From assembly GCA_002898295.1 (NCBI GenBank), contig BEHX01000008.1, positions 4,506 through 68,505 on the forward strand: a stretch of 64,000 nucleotides of DNA, read 5' to 3'. The stretch's first letter is position 1; every line of letters starts with the position of its first letter. A model generated the notes under the pieces. It made no database searches and was not told the DNA's origin. It saw only the letters and a list, made by a program, of their open reading frames with translations. Source of the DNA: a bacterium HR21. Lineage in GTDB: Bacteria; Bacteroidota; Ignavibacteria; Kapaibacteriales; HRBIN21. Below, one piece after another: positions 29,205 to 39,500 of this stretch. A program made the position numbers and the translations under genes.

Positions 29205-30995
29205 TCAGGCAGCGAGTTCCCGTTCGTGCTGGAGGCGGTAGAGACGCGCGTAGATACCATCCCGAGCCAGCAGCTCGGCATGAGTGCCAATTTCGCGGAC
29301 CTGCCCTCGGTGAAGCACAATCACGCAATCTGCCCGCTGGACCGTTGCTAACCGATGGGCAATGATGATACAGGTTCGTCCCTCGCGACGCAACCTCTCG
29401 AGCGCTCCCTCCAGCAGGCGCTCCGTTTCTGAATCCAGATGGGCGGTGGCTTCATCCAGGATGATGATGTCCGCCTCTCCGACAAACGCACGGCATAGCG
29501 CTACCAGCTGGCGTTCACCTGCTGAGAGATTGACTCCGCGTTCCCCGACGACTGTTGCCAAGCCGTGGGGCAAACGCTTGACAAACTCCTCCAGCCCGAG
29601 GCGTTGCAATGCCTGCCAGACTCTCTGTTCGGAAATCTCCCGGCGCCCGAACACGATGTTCTCCAGGACGGTGCGGGAGAAGAGCACATCGTCTTGCAGC
29701 ACCAGCGCAATGCGCCGGCGTAAGCTCGCCTGTTGGAGCTTCCGGATGCTCCGCCCGTCGATGAGGATGTCGCCTGCCTGAAACTCATAGAAACGGCACA
29801 GCAAGCTCACCACCGAGCTCTTTCCCGCCCCTGTTGCCCCGACCAGAGCCACCATCTGCCCTTTGCGGAGAGTGAAGGAGACATCCCGCAGCACGGGCGT
29901 GACCCCATCGTAACTGAAGGTAACCTGCCGGAACTCAATTCCGAAGCGTAGCGGCGGCATCGGAACAGCGTCGGGGGCATCCTCAATCCGCTGGCGGACG
30001 CTCAGGATATCGAAAATGCGCTCTGCCGAAACTAACGCTGTCTGCAGCACATTGTAGCGCTCCGTTACATCCCGAATCGGGCGGAAGAACATCTCCACGT
30101 ACTGCATGAAGGCGATAAGCGTCCCAACCGTCAACCCCCCAACCCCGAGCCAGTGGGCAGCGTACCAGAGGATCACTACGATGGCAAGTGCCCAGACCAG
30201 GTCGACGCTCGGGAAGAAGACGGCGTAGTAGAAGATGGAACGGCGCTGCAGCTGGAGATAGCGCCGATTGAGACGCTCGAAACGCCGGAATTGCTCTGCC
30301 TCCTGCTGGAAGAGCTGGATGGTCGTAATACCGCTGATGTACTCATTCAGAAAGGCATTCATCCGCGCCAGCTGCTGGCGAATCTGCCGGTATACCTTCC
30401 GCACCTTTGCCCGGAAGAGCAGACTTGCTATCACCAGGAGCGGCAGCACCGAGAGCGTCAGCAACGCCAGCCGCCAATCCGTTGCGACCATAAAGCCAAC
30501 GAGGCACAACAGGAGCAGAAGATCGGCAATCAGCTGCACCAGCCCCGAGGAAAAGAACTCACTCAACCCCTCCACATCGTTGGTGACGCGGGTGACCATA
30601 CGCCCGACCGGGGTTGTGTCGTGGAAGCGCAACCCCAGACGCAGGATATGCTCGTAGACCTCGGTGCGGACCGCCAGCAGGGCACGCTGCCCGATCCACT
30701 GCAAGAGATACGTCACCCCGTACTGGAGTGCAGCGTAGACGAGCACCAGGGCGAGAACCCCTGCCAACAGCCACGCGAAGCTCCCCCACTCCTGAAAGTG
30801 GAGGGCGTGGTCTATAGCGAGCTTGCTCACATACGGGCGTGCTGGGGCAATCACGGCACCGAGCACCGCTAGCACCACCCCCAGCAGCAGCCAACCCCGA
30901 TAGGGGCGCAAGAAGACCAACAGGCGACGGAGCAGTGCCCAATCAATCCCGCGAACTTGCTCGGCTTCCCCGTCGCTGTGCAGCTGCACCGCCAT
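29205..30995 (-). CDS. ABC exporter, fused TMD-NBD (MdlB/YheH-like)
   Basis: GRMVTRVTNDVE, FFRPIRD, GATGAGKSS, LSAGERQL, ILDEAT. Confidence 0.92.
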   Translation of the reverse strand: MAVQLHSDGEAEQVRGIDWALLRRLLVFLRPYRGWLLLGVVLAVLGAVIAPARPYVSKLAIDHALHFQEWGSFAWLLAGVLALVLVYAALQYGVTYLLQWIGQRALLAVRTEVYEHILRLGLRFHDTTPVGRMVTRVTNDVEGLSEFFSSGLVQLIADLLLLLCLVGFMVATDWRLALLTLSVLPLLVIASLLFRAKVRKVYRQIRQQLARMNAFLNEYISGITTIQLFQQEAEQFRRFERLNRRYLQLQRRSIFYYAVFFPSVDLVWALAIVVILWYAAHWLGVGGLTVGTLIAFMQYVEMFFRPIRDVTERYNVLQTALVSAERIFDILSVRQRIEDAPDAVPMPPLRFGIEFRQVTFSYDGVTPVLRDVSFTLRKGQMVALVGATGAGKSSVVSLLCRFYEFQAGDILIDGRSIRKLQQASLRRRIALVLQDDVLFSRTVLENIVFGRREISEQRVWQALQRLGLEEFVKRLPHGLATVVGERGVNLSAGERQLVALCRAFVGEADIIILDEATAHLDSETERLLEGALERLRREGRTCIIIAHRLATVQRADCVIVLHRGQVREIGTHAELLARDGIYARLYRLQHERELAA

Positions 30996-30998
30996 GGC

Positions 30999-32324
30999 TC
31001 ATACCGACACGCACCGAAAGCACTGCTCCAGAAGCATCCGGTGAAGTACAAAGACGGCTCGTTGCCAGATTTCCTGCCGCACCACCAGGCGCAGCGCCCA
31101 GGGCGGATCGACCACGCAGCTCGTCGGCGCAATTCCCTCCTTGGCAAGCGCTTCCAGCATCAGGATCGACCATCGCTCCGGCACCCCACCGACGACGGTT
31201 ACCAGGGCATAGGTCCCCTCCCATGCGCTCCATCCCTCGGGGACTTCCAGCGGGAACTCAGACACCACGACGGAGCCCGTTCGGGAGACAATGCTCAGCA
31301 GGGGCGTCCGTAACCCCGGTGAGCTTTCCAGGGCAGGAACTGGGCAGCTGTATACCCAGCACGGCTGCCGCCATGCAAGGGCAAGCGGAGCAGCGGGAAC
31401 TTCCCGAGCGGGCACGATTCTCGTGCCACTCCGTCCCGGCTCTGTAACGCTCCGCAGCACGACTCGAATCCCCTGGGAAAGCGCCGGCTCGACTGCATCC
31501 GGGTGGAGCACCTTTGCCCCTGCTGCCGCCAATTCCCGCATCTCAGCGGCAGAAATCTCGGCAATCAGCTGTGCCCCTGGCACAATCAGTGGATCAGCGG
31601 TGAAGAGTCCAGGGACGTCCTTCCAGACGACGACTTCCTCGGCTCCGAGAGCAGCGGCGAAGAGCGCTGCGGAGAAATCCGAGCCTCCACGCCCGAGCGT
31701 CGTCGTTCTCCCCTCCGCTGTTGCCCCGATGAAGCCCTGCGTGACGACAAGTCTGCCGTGCCGAAGGTGTTCCAGGAGTCCCTGGGAATGGACCCGCTGG
31801 ATGAGGAGCTCCAGCTGTGGACGTGCAGCCCCGAAGGTTGCATCTGTGATCACATAGTGCCGAGCATCGACGAGCACAACGGGCATCGGCACGAGCTGTT
31901 CCAGCACTGCGGCAACCACTTGGCTGGAGAGTAGCTCTCCAAAGGCGAGCATTGCATCGCGGCTCCGCGGGGTGAGCTCTCGCAGAGCAGCAATCCCTCG
32001 GCACAACTGCAGCGCCTGCTGTCCCAGCCCGCGGAGGCGTTCCTCTAGCCCGCGTGCGACCGGCTCCGGGAGTACTTGCCGTCCCTGCTCGCAGTGCCAT
32101 TCGAGAAGCTGCTGCAGCCCTGCTACCGCCGTTGTGGTTTCCCCTCGGGCGGCACGTTCGGCGATGACCAGCAGTCGATCCGTGACCCCAGCACAGGCAG
32201 AGACAACAACCAGCGCCGGCAGCTCAGCGCTTGCTGCAAGCGCCTCGGCTGCCTTCCGAATCCCTCCCGCATCCGGGAGAACACTGCCCCCGAGCTTGTG
32301 TACACGGAGTGCGTCAGCGCTCAC
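30999..32324 (-). CDS. lysC: Aspartate kinase
   Basis: HKLGGS, VVVSA, TQGFIG, TTTLGRGGSDFSA, WKDVPG, GAKVLHP; GTG start assumed. Confidence 0.9.
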   Translation of the reverse strand: MSADALRVHKLGGSVLPDAGGIRKAAEALAASAELPALVVVSACAGVTDRLLVIAERAARGETTTAVAGLQQLLEWHCEQGRQVLPEPVARGLEERLRGLGQQALQLCRGIAALRELTPRSRDAMLAFGELLSSQVVAAVLEQLVPMPVVLVDARHYVITDATFGAARPQLELLIQRVHSQGLLEHLRHGRLVVTQGFIGATAEGRTTTLGRGGSDFSAALFAAALGAEEVVVWKDVPGLFTADPLIVPGAQLIAEISAAEMRELAAAGAKVLHPDAVEPALSQGIRVVLRSVTEPGRSGTRIVPAREVPAAPLALAWRQPCWVYSCPVPALESSPGLRTPLLSIVSRTGSVVVSEFPLEVPEGWSAWEGTYALVTVVGGVPERWSILMLEALAKEGIAPTSCVVDPPWALRLVVRQEIWQRAVFVLHRMLLEQCFRCVSV

Positions 32325-32331
32325 TGCCCCC

Positions 32332-33030
32332 TTACTCCACCGTTGCCCGTTCCACACCGAAGAAGAAATGGTAGCTCAAGCCAACCGCCAATGCGGCAAT
32401 CCGGGGTGCATAGCGCTCCTCAACCGGGGGTTGCGGTCCTAAGCCGATCAGCTCGTACGACTTTGCCGGGAACTTACTCAAGCCGTAGGTGGCAAAGAGC
32501 TGGAAGTTCAGCCGACCGGCTTTGGGGTCCTTGACCAGCGGAGCGGAAATACCCAGCCGGAGCTCGAGGAGTACCCCCATGTCGGAGGTGGCAACATCTT
32601 TCTCAACTGTGCCGCTGCGATTGCGGAGTGTCCCACCGAGCGGAATGCCGATATTGAGCCCGAGTCCGAGCACGTTGAGGTAAAATGTCGGGGCAATCCC
32701 CAAGTAGCGGTAATGCTGCGTGAAGGTGTTGTTGTCGGTGGTCGTGTCCGCATCGCCTGGCTTCGTTATGAAGGCATGGCTGGCGTAGCCAATATCGAGC
32801 CCGACAGCGATTTCCCCATAGCGGTCCAACGGCAGAATGCCCTGTGCCCAAATATCGGGCACTCCAGTGAAGGCAACGCCGGTCTTGGTCCCTGCGGGAA
32901 TTTCGCCAGCGTTGATGCCGAACTTGGGGTGAAGACCCACTCCTGCCGCGAAGCGATAGATAAACTGCGCCGAACCACTCAGCGTGCTGGCCAGGAAAAG
33001 CATCCATAGACTCACGATCCGCGCAGTCAT
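32332..33030 (-). CDS. Outer-membrane beta-barrel domain protein
   Basis: Signal peptide (..SGSAQ), alternating strands, near-terminal VGLSYHF. Confidence 0.65.
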   Translation of the reverse strand: MTARIVSLWMLFLASTLSGSAQFIYRFAAGVGLHPKFGINAGEIPAGTKTGVAFTGVPDIWAQGILPLDRYGEIAVGLDIGYASHAFITKPGDADTTTDNNTFTQHYRYLGIAPTFYLNVLGLGLNIGIPLGGTLRNRSGTVEKDVATSDMGVLLELRLGISAPLVKDPKAGRLNFQLFATYGLSKFPAKSYELIGLGPQPPVEERYAPRIAALAVGLSYHFFFGVERATVE

Positions 33031-33569
33031 GGCGCACCTTCGGGAGATTGTGAGACATGCTGTTGCTGAAGCTGCCGGAGCAGCTCCCGCTGCTGTAAGC
33101 GTTGCTGGCGCCGGAGTTCTGCCTCCCGCCAGCGGCGCCATTCTTCGTCCGTCTGTGGCTCCACCGGCGGCACCGGGAGTGGCTTGCCGTACTGGTCAAT
33201 AGCAACGAAGGTCAAGTACGCTGAAGCGGCATGCGTGCGTGTGCCATTGATCGGGTCTTCCCGAAAGACTTTGACCCCCACCTCCAGCGACGTCCGAAAC
33301 GCTCGGTTGACTGAAGCCAGGATGTGGACAATGTGCCCGATCCGGATCGGCTCCAGGAAGCTAATGCTATCCACAGCAGCGGTCACACACACCTTCCCCG
33401 CATGGCGCATGGCAACGAGAGCCGCGGCAATATCCATCCACTGCATGAGCTGCCCCCCGAGCAGGTTCCCCAGCTGGTTGGCATGATTGGGCAAGACCAA
33501 GTGGACCATTTCCACCGCTGATGCCGAAGGCGGTTTGCCGGCTGCCGTATGCCACGCCTCACTTGCCAT
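33027..33569 (-). CDS. Acyl-CoA thioesterase (YciA/hotdog)
   Basis: LPNHANQLGNLLGGQLMQWMD, CVTAAVD, TSLEVGV, TFVAID. Confidence 0.92.
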   Translation of the reverse strand: MASEAWHTAAGKPPSASAVEMVHLVLPNHANQLGNLLGGQLMQWMDIAAALVAMRHAGKVCVTAAVDSISFLEPIRIGHIVHILASVNRAFRTSLEVGVKVFREDPINGTRTHAASAYLTFVAIDQYGKPLPVPPVEPQTDEEWRRWREAELRRQQRLQQRELLRQLQQQHVSQSPEGAP

Positions 33570-34299
33570 GGTTGAGATCTGCCGCTACTGTTTCCACAAG
33601 CTGGCGCTGTGCCCCGTTGGGGAAGAGCCGACGGTATGTCTCAATTGCTTGTTGCGCCTCTGCCCAGCGTCCGAGTTCGACCAGCGCACGGATCTTTCCA
33701 ACCCACGCCAGCTCAACGAAGTCCGTGTCTGCGTACTGCTGCAGAATCCCATCGTAGTAGATGAGAGCCGACTGTGGGCTATGGAGCTTGGTGTAGAGCT
33801 GAGCAATGCTGTACTCCCGCTGTGCGAGCTTATTGCGCAGCTGGCGGATCTGCTGTTCAACCTCGGGGAGCAGGGAATCGCCCGGATAGAGCTGGCGAAA
33901 CTCGTTGAGCGCAGCGAGCGCCTTGTAGGTATATTCCTGGTCACGGTCATACGGCGGGGATAGCGCCCTATACGCCTGCCCGATCTGATAGAGCGCCTGC
34001 CGGGCATATGGACTGTTCGGGTACGTCTGCCGAAATTGCTGGTAGAGAAAGGCTGCCATGATGTACTCACCCCGCCGGAAGCGGAGCTCTGCCAGCAGGA
34101 AGAGCGCATCATCGGCGTATTGGCTGGCAGGATACTGCGTGCGGATAAGCTCCAACCATTTCTGCGCCAGCATGTCTTCCTTCTTCTCGTACGCCAGCTG
34201 GGCTGCCCGAAAAAGCGCTTCCACATCCCGAGGATCTGGCTCCGGGATACTGGCACAGGCACCCAGCAGGAGCACTATGAGGGAGAAGCTCTGCCGCAT
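33559..34299 (-). CDS. bamD: Outer membrane protein assembly factor BamD
   Basis: LLGAC lipobox, TPRs, YPAS, YPNS, SPPYDRDQEYT, RNKLAQREY. Confidence 0.9.
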   Translation of the reverse strand: MRQSFSLIVLLLGACASIPEPDPRDVEALFRAAQLAYEKKEDMLAQKWLELIRTQYPASQYADDALFLLAELRFRRGEYIMAAFLYQQFRQTYPNSPYARQALYQIGQAYRALSPPYDRDQEYTYKALAALNEFRQLYPGDSLLPEVEQQIRQLRNKLAQREYSIAQLYTKLHSPQSALIYYDGILQQYADTDFVELAWVGKIRALVELGRWAEAQQAIETYRRLFPNGAQRQLVETVAADLNHGK

Positions 34300-34307
34300 G
34301 GCACATG

Positions 34308-34315
34308 CAAAATTA
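34308..34315 (-). promoter_or_regulatory. TAnnTTTG promoter element TAATTTTG
   Basis: Consensus match 8 nt upstream of bamD ATG. Confidence 0.55.
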
Positions 34316-34422
34316 GCCTTTTCCCCAGGGCAGCGCGACCGGACCGCTTCCGCTGCCGATTGCTTTTTGCAGGCAAAGAGCGAATTTTGAATGTTGTCAA
34401 ACGCTGCCACGCATCACGACAC

Positions 34423-35235
34423 ATGCCACATCCGATTCCGCAGCCGCACAATCCGGATGATCCTGTCGAACAATTCCGAGCGCTCTGGGAAATTGTTCGC
34501 CTGCTCCGGCAGGAGTGCCCCTGGGATCGCGAGCAGACCCACGCTTCGATCGCTCCCCTGCTCATTGAGGAAGCCTACGAAGCGGTGGAATCCATTCGGA
34601 ACGGAGACCCGCAGGAACTCTGCCGCGAGCTCGGCGATCTCCTGCTGCACGTGCTCATGCATAGCGTCATTGCCGAAGAGCAGGGAGAATTCCGTCTCAG
34701 CTCAGTCATTGAGCAGGAGCGAGCCAAGCTCATCCGCCGCCATCCGCATGTCTTCGGCTCCAGCTCCGCCACCAGCGCCCGGGAAGTCAAACAGCGCTGG
34801 GAACAGCTCAAGCTCGATGAGGGACGGCAATCCGTGCTGGAGGGGATTCCGAAGAGCCTGCCGGCGCTGCTCCGTGCGCAACGCCTCCAAGAGCGTGCCG
34901 CCTCTGTTGGCTTCGACTGGCAGCAGCGGGAAGGTGTCTGGGAGAAACTCCAGGAGGAGTTCGCCGAGCTGCAAACCGCTCTCCGCTCCGGGGACCGCTC
35001 CCGCATTGCCGAAGAGCTTGGGGACATGCTCTTCGCCCTGGTCAACGCTGCCCGCTTCGAGCACCTCTCTGCCGAAGAGTGCCTGCAAGCAGCCAACGAC
35101 AAATTCACCCACCGCTTCCAGTACATTGAGCAACGGGCACACGAGCAGAACACCCCACTGCAGACACTGTCCCTGGAGCAGATGGATAGCCTCTGGGAGG
35201 AAGCCAAACAGCACGAAACTTCCAAAGAGAGATGA
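34423..35235 (+). CDS. mazG: Nucleoside triphosphate pyrophosphohydrolase MazG
   Basis: CPWDREQT, EEAYE, ELGDLL, KLIRRHPHVFG, GFDW, ELGDMLF. Confidence 0.95.
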   Translation: MPHPIPQPHNPDDPVEQFRALWEIVRLLRQECPWDREQTHASIAPLLIEEAYEAVESIRNGDPQELCRELGDLLLHVLMHSVIAEEQGEFRLSSVIEQERAKLIRRHPHVFGSSSATSAREVKQRWEQLKLDEGRQSVLEGIPKSLPALLRAQRLQERAASVGFDWQQREGVWEKLQEEFAELQTALRSGDRSRIAEELGDMLFALVNAARFEHLSAEECLQAANDKFTHRFQYIEQRAHEQNTPLQTLSLEQMDSLWEEAKQHETSKER

Positions 35236-36512
35236 GGTTGCGCCACCGCTGGGCGTGGGGAATCGGTCTCGGTGTTGTGTTCTGCGGAGCCCTCTTCCTG
35301 TGGCTCTACAGCCACAAGCTCTGGAGTAGTACTGAGGAGCAGCGCCTTGACTCGCTGCTGCATCACCCCGCTCTGCCCAAGACGGCGGAGACCGATACCA
35401 GCTCCCGGGTTGACTCCCTTGCGCCCGAGCCTGCACAACATCCGGAGTGGCTCGAATCCGAACTGCTCCCTGCCCTCTGGGGACGAGCTCGCAGCGTCCC
35501 GCCGCCGTGTTCGCGCTGCATTGCCATTGCCCTCATCGGGGTTGATTCACGCCTTACCGACCCCACCGCGCATGCTGACGCCAATCACGTCGTGCTCATC
35601 GACCCCAGCTCGGGGCGTATTACCATCGTTGCCATTCCCCGCGATACTCCGGCAGATGCCGGCTTCCCCGACACGAGTCGGTACAACAAGCTAGCCAATG
35701 TCCGGGCACAGCGTGGCTTGAAAGCGCATCTGGCAACTCTGGCGGAGCTCATCGGTATACCGGAAATCCACTACTACGCCGAATTTGGCTTCTCGCAAGC
35801 CTTTGCCCTGCTTCGCCTGCTCCGCTTCGGCAATCCTACCGAGGTACTCCGTGTCCTGCGTGCCCGCACCGGCATCTGGGGTGATGACTACCACCGGGTG
35901 TATGTCCAAGCTCAATTCATTCGACAGCAGTTGCTGCGCTGGTTCGATTCCTACAACACTCCCTGGGGGCTGGCACTGCTGCGGGGCACCCTCGGGATTG
36001 TGAATACCAACCTGACCGTCGGCGTTCTGACACGCCTTGCCGATACCCTCCGCGCCCGCGGCTTTCCTGCTGACAGCAACGCCGTCTCCATTGTCGTCTA
36101 CGGGGTACCTCTGCAGCGCGTTCCCGTCTACGACTTCGGTGATCCGCGCACCTTCGCCGCTCTCGCCGAGAAGCTCCGTCGCTTCTACCGACACCACCAT
36201 CCCGGGGGGAGTGATACGACATCGCACGAACAGCGCGTCCACGCCGTCCTGGCAGCCGCTCTGGACCGTGCACAGCGAGCCGCAGCCTCCGGGCGCCCGA
36301 CCGAGGTTGTGCGCCTCCTCTCTCCACTTGTCCGGCAACGAGCTTGGTGGCAGCTCAGCCAGGCGGATGCTCGTTCAGCTTACCGCACGGCATACGTGGA
36401 GCTCCTCTCGCACGCGTACGAGCGTCTCGGCAAACCTCGACAGGCGGAATTCTTGCGTACGGAATTCCTCCAACGCGAACGCGAGCTCGAAGAGCTCGTC
36501 TCCACACCGTGA
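35232..36512 (+). CDS. LytR-CpsA-Psr (LCP) family protein with helical C-terminal extension
   Basis: N-terminal TM; LIGVDSR, HADAN, VAIPRDT, KLAN, LRAR...DDYHR..Q. Confidence 0.75.
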   Translation: MRLRHRWAWGIGLGVVFCGALFLWLYSHKLWSSTEEQRLDSLLHHPALPKTAETDTSSRVDSLAPEPAQHPEWLESELLPALWGRARSVPPPCSRCIAIALIGVDSRLTDPTAHADANHVVLIDPSSGRITIVAIPRDTPADAGFPDTSRYNKLANVRAQRGLKAHLATLAELIGIPEIHYYAEFGFSQAFALLRLLRFGNPTEVLRVLRARTGIWGDDYHRVYVQAQFIRQQLLRWFDSYNTPWGLALLRGTLGIVNTNLTVGVLTRLADTLRARGFPADSNAVSIVVYGVPLQRVPVYDFGDPRTFAALAEKLRRFYRHHHPGGSDTTSHEQRVHAVLAAALDRAQRAAASGRPTEVVRLLSPLVRQRAWWQLSQADARSAYRTAYVELLSHAYERLGKPRQAEFLRTEFLQRERELEELVSTP

Positions 36513-39500
36513 CTACCACCCCACTGCTGTGCGAAGCAGCGAGCGGAAACGCACCGTCCACCGGAATGCCCACCGTCTCTCCCCCGCCGGAGGATGGCTC
36601 AGGTAGAGCGGGAAATCGAGCGCTAGCTCGTCAATTCTGAGCCGTTGCAGCAATGGGACCTCCGAGCCTGTCGGCATCAGAGCCATCAGCTGCAGGGAGC
36701 AACTCACACCGCCATCCCAGAGCCACTCTCGGAACGGTGCCCACCTCTCTCCAACGGCTCCGCCATCGGCAAAGAGGCGGAACTCCAGAAGCGAGCTCAG
36801 GAGCGCTCCACCCGGCAGCAAACGCAGCAACGGCGAGAGACCAAGCTCCACATTGAGCGCTGTCAACGTGCTGCCCACAACCGTGTCCTGAGCAACGTAG
36901 CCCCGCAAGAAGGCACCCCCGACCGGGGCTGTCCGGCTCCGCCGCGCCGCCGGAGAGACAATCCCAGGGGCACGGTACAGCGGGAGCTCAAGCTCCTCCA
37001 GCGGCGCAACCGAAGCCCGACGGAACCCGAGCGGCACCGGGAGAAACTCCGGTGCGCTCGGCAAGAACCCGCCAAGGGCACCCCGGAGCACGACCGGGAA
37101 AGGGAAGTCCGGCTGCAGGATCAGCTCCGCCGTTCCCCGGATGAAGCCCCACTCCGTAGCGAGCGGCACAACTGGCGTGGTCCCATACGCATACCACCCG
37201 GGCTCCAAACTCCCGTATAGCTGCAGAGACCCTGCGGGGAAATCCCCCCGGAGCCTTGCAGCAGCCCTCAGCAGTAGGAGCCGCTGTCTGTCCCGTGCAG
37301 CCAGTGGCGAACCTGGGAAGGCGTACTCTGCCGTTCTCTGCAGCCACATTCCCGCCGCAATGCGCCCGGTCAGCTCCCAGGGTGATGGTGGCTCAGGCGT
37401 CAGCTGCCAGCTTGCCCCGCCGCGGAAGCGCCACCAGCCATCCTGCCGCGCCAGCAATGCCTCCAGAAACGGGCGCCCGGGAAGTTGCCAGAGCAAATGC
37501 CCCCAGCGAAGCAGCACATTGAACGCCTGCGGACCGACGCGCATCCCCTGCAGGACCGAGAGATGGAACTGGTGAAAGAAGCCCAAGTACGCTCCACGCA
37601 GCTCCACTCCCAGCTTGAGTCCATCCCGGTTGTTGAATCCCAGCGCCGGCTGCCATGAAATCCCATAGGCGGAAAGCTCTACCGGGTCCGAGCTGAGCGC
37701 CTCGAGGAAGAAGCGCACTCGCACCGGCGGGAAGAGTCCCGAACTGTTGTTGAGCCGGTTGATATCGAGCAGCAGCACCGTATCCGGATCAACCACCGCC
37801 CGGATAGCGGGCGCAGGAAGGCGGATGGTCTTCTCCACCCGCCGCGGTCCGCGCAGCACCTCGTCTACCCCGAAGTGCAAGCGGTACCGCTGTCCGGTTG
37901 CAAGCAGCAACTCTACATCCACCGGCATAATTGCGCTGCCGCGCCGATCCAAGGCAACCGTAACATCCCAGAGCGAGCCCGCCGTGGGAGCCCGCCCTGC
38001 CGGTCCTACCGGCACATTCCGGAGTCCGCCGAAGGCATAGTCGAGCACAGGTGTCTGGGCAAACCACCGGTCGAAGAACCACCGCAGATCCACCCGCTGC
38101 CCCTCCCGCCGCAAAGCGATCTCGGACGCCAACCGTGCGAAATCCTCCGGATACACATGCCGGAAACGGTAACGGCGGAAGTACTCCTGCATCAGCTCGG
38201 CAAAGGTTTCCTGCCCCAGCACACCCCGAAGCATGAACAGAAGCGAAGCCGTCTTCGGGTACGAATTGACGCTGTAGCCGGCGACCGTCCGGTACCAATC
38301 CGAGCGCGTCAGCAGTGGCTCATCCCAGCCGCGCAGCTGCCAGAGAATCGTGCTCACCGCATTGCGCGTCCGCTCATCAGCTGCAGGGATCAGGAAACGG
38401 AGCCAGCCCGGCACACGCAGCCCCATCGCCCACCGCCCGTAGAACGCCTCCAGTGCAAGGGTTGTGATGAAGGTGTTGAAGCCCTCATCCTGGAAGCCGA
38501 ACTCGGTTTCGTTGGAGTTGACCACCATCGGGTACCAGTTATGCCCGATTTCGTGCATGATGACCTCAACTGTCCAGGGGGCGATCACGCCCCCGCCGAG
38601 CCCTCGCCCGATGAAGACAATGCCGGGATACTCCATCCCACCGGTTGTGCCGCCAACGATCACAACCAGGTCGCTGTACGGGTACCGCCCGAAATGTTCG
38701 GAGAAATACCGCACGGCATGGACCGCGGCGCGGAGCCCCTCGTCGCGGTAGAAGCTCTCCAGGCGCTTTGGATAGAGCACGTGGACGAGGATACCATCCC
38801 ACTGCTGCGCATCCCAGAGATAGCGGCGCACAGCAGCCCAGGCAACTGTGCGGACCCGCTCAGCACGGAAGCGCCACGTCTTCAGAGCCGTATCGCTCAA
38901 TGGACGGGCAGAGAAATCAGCGATGCGAACCGGCTGTGTCTGCGTCCGAGCTCGCTGCAGCGCCTGCCGTACCTCGTCGGGAAAGACCTCATCGGGATTG
39001 AGCAGAACCCCGGTATGCACCACACAGTACGTCCCCGGCAGTGTCAACTCAACTTCGAAATCGGCGATCTCCTCGAAAAACTCTCCCGTGCCCAAATACT
39101 GCTCCGTATGCCAGCCGTAGCGGTCATACACACACACCGAGGGGAACCAGTTGGCAATGAAGTAGTCCTCCTCAAAGCGCCCCATACGCAGCCCTTCTGG
39201 GGGTACTTTCTGCGCAATGCTGCTGAGCACCACGAGAGAATCCCCTGGGGCAAGGGGCTTCGGCACCGGAAGGCGCACAATGGTGTTATCCACGCTGAAG
39301 TCGGTGCGTCGCTCGCCGGTAGAAGCAATGACCACGAAGGAATCGATCCGCACAGGGGGCAGCTCGGGGATTCGCTCCAGACGCCTCTCCCGGCTCAACT
39401 GTCGGGCATAACTCTGCGGGGCGAAGATGTTCCAGTACAGGTGCACGTATAGCTCCCGCAGCGTATCGGGGGAAGCATTCCGGTAGACCATCCGGGTCTG

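Noticed and set aside
37875-39452. 525-aa antisense ORF (likewise 3214-4668, 24123-25295, 25626-26759, 43350-44489)
   Set aside because: Reverse-frame shadows of well-supported genes in GC-rich DNA
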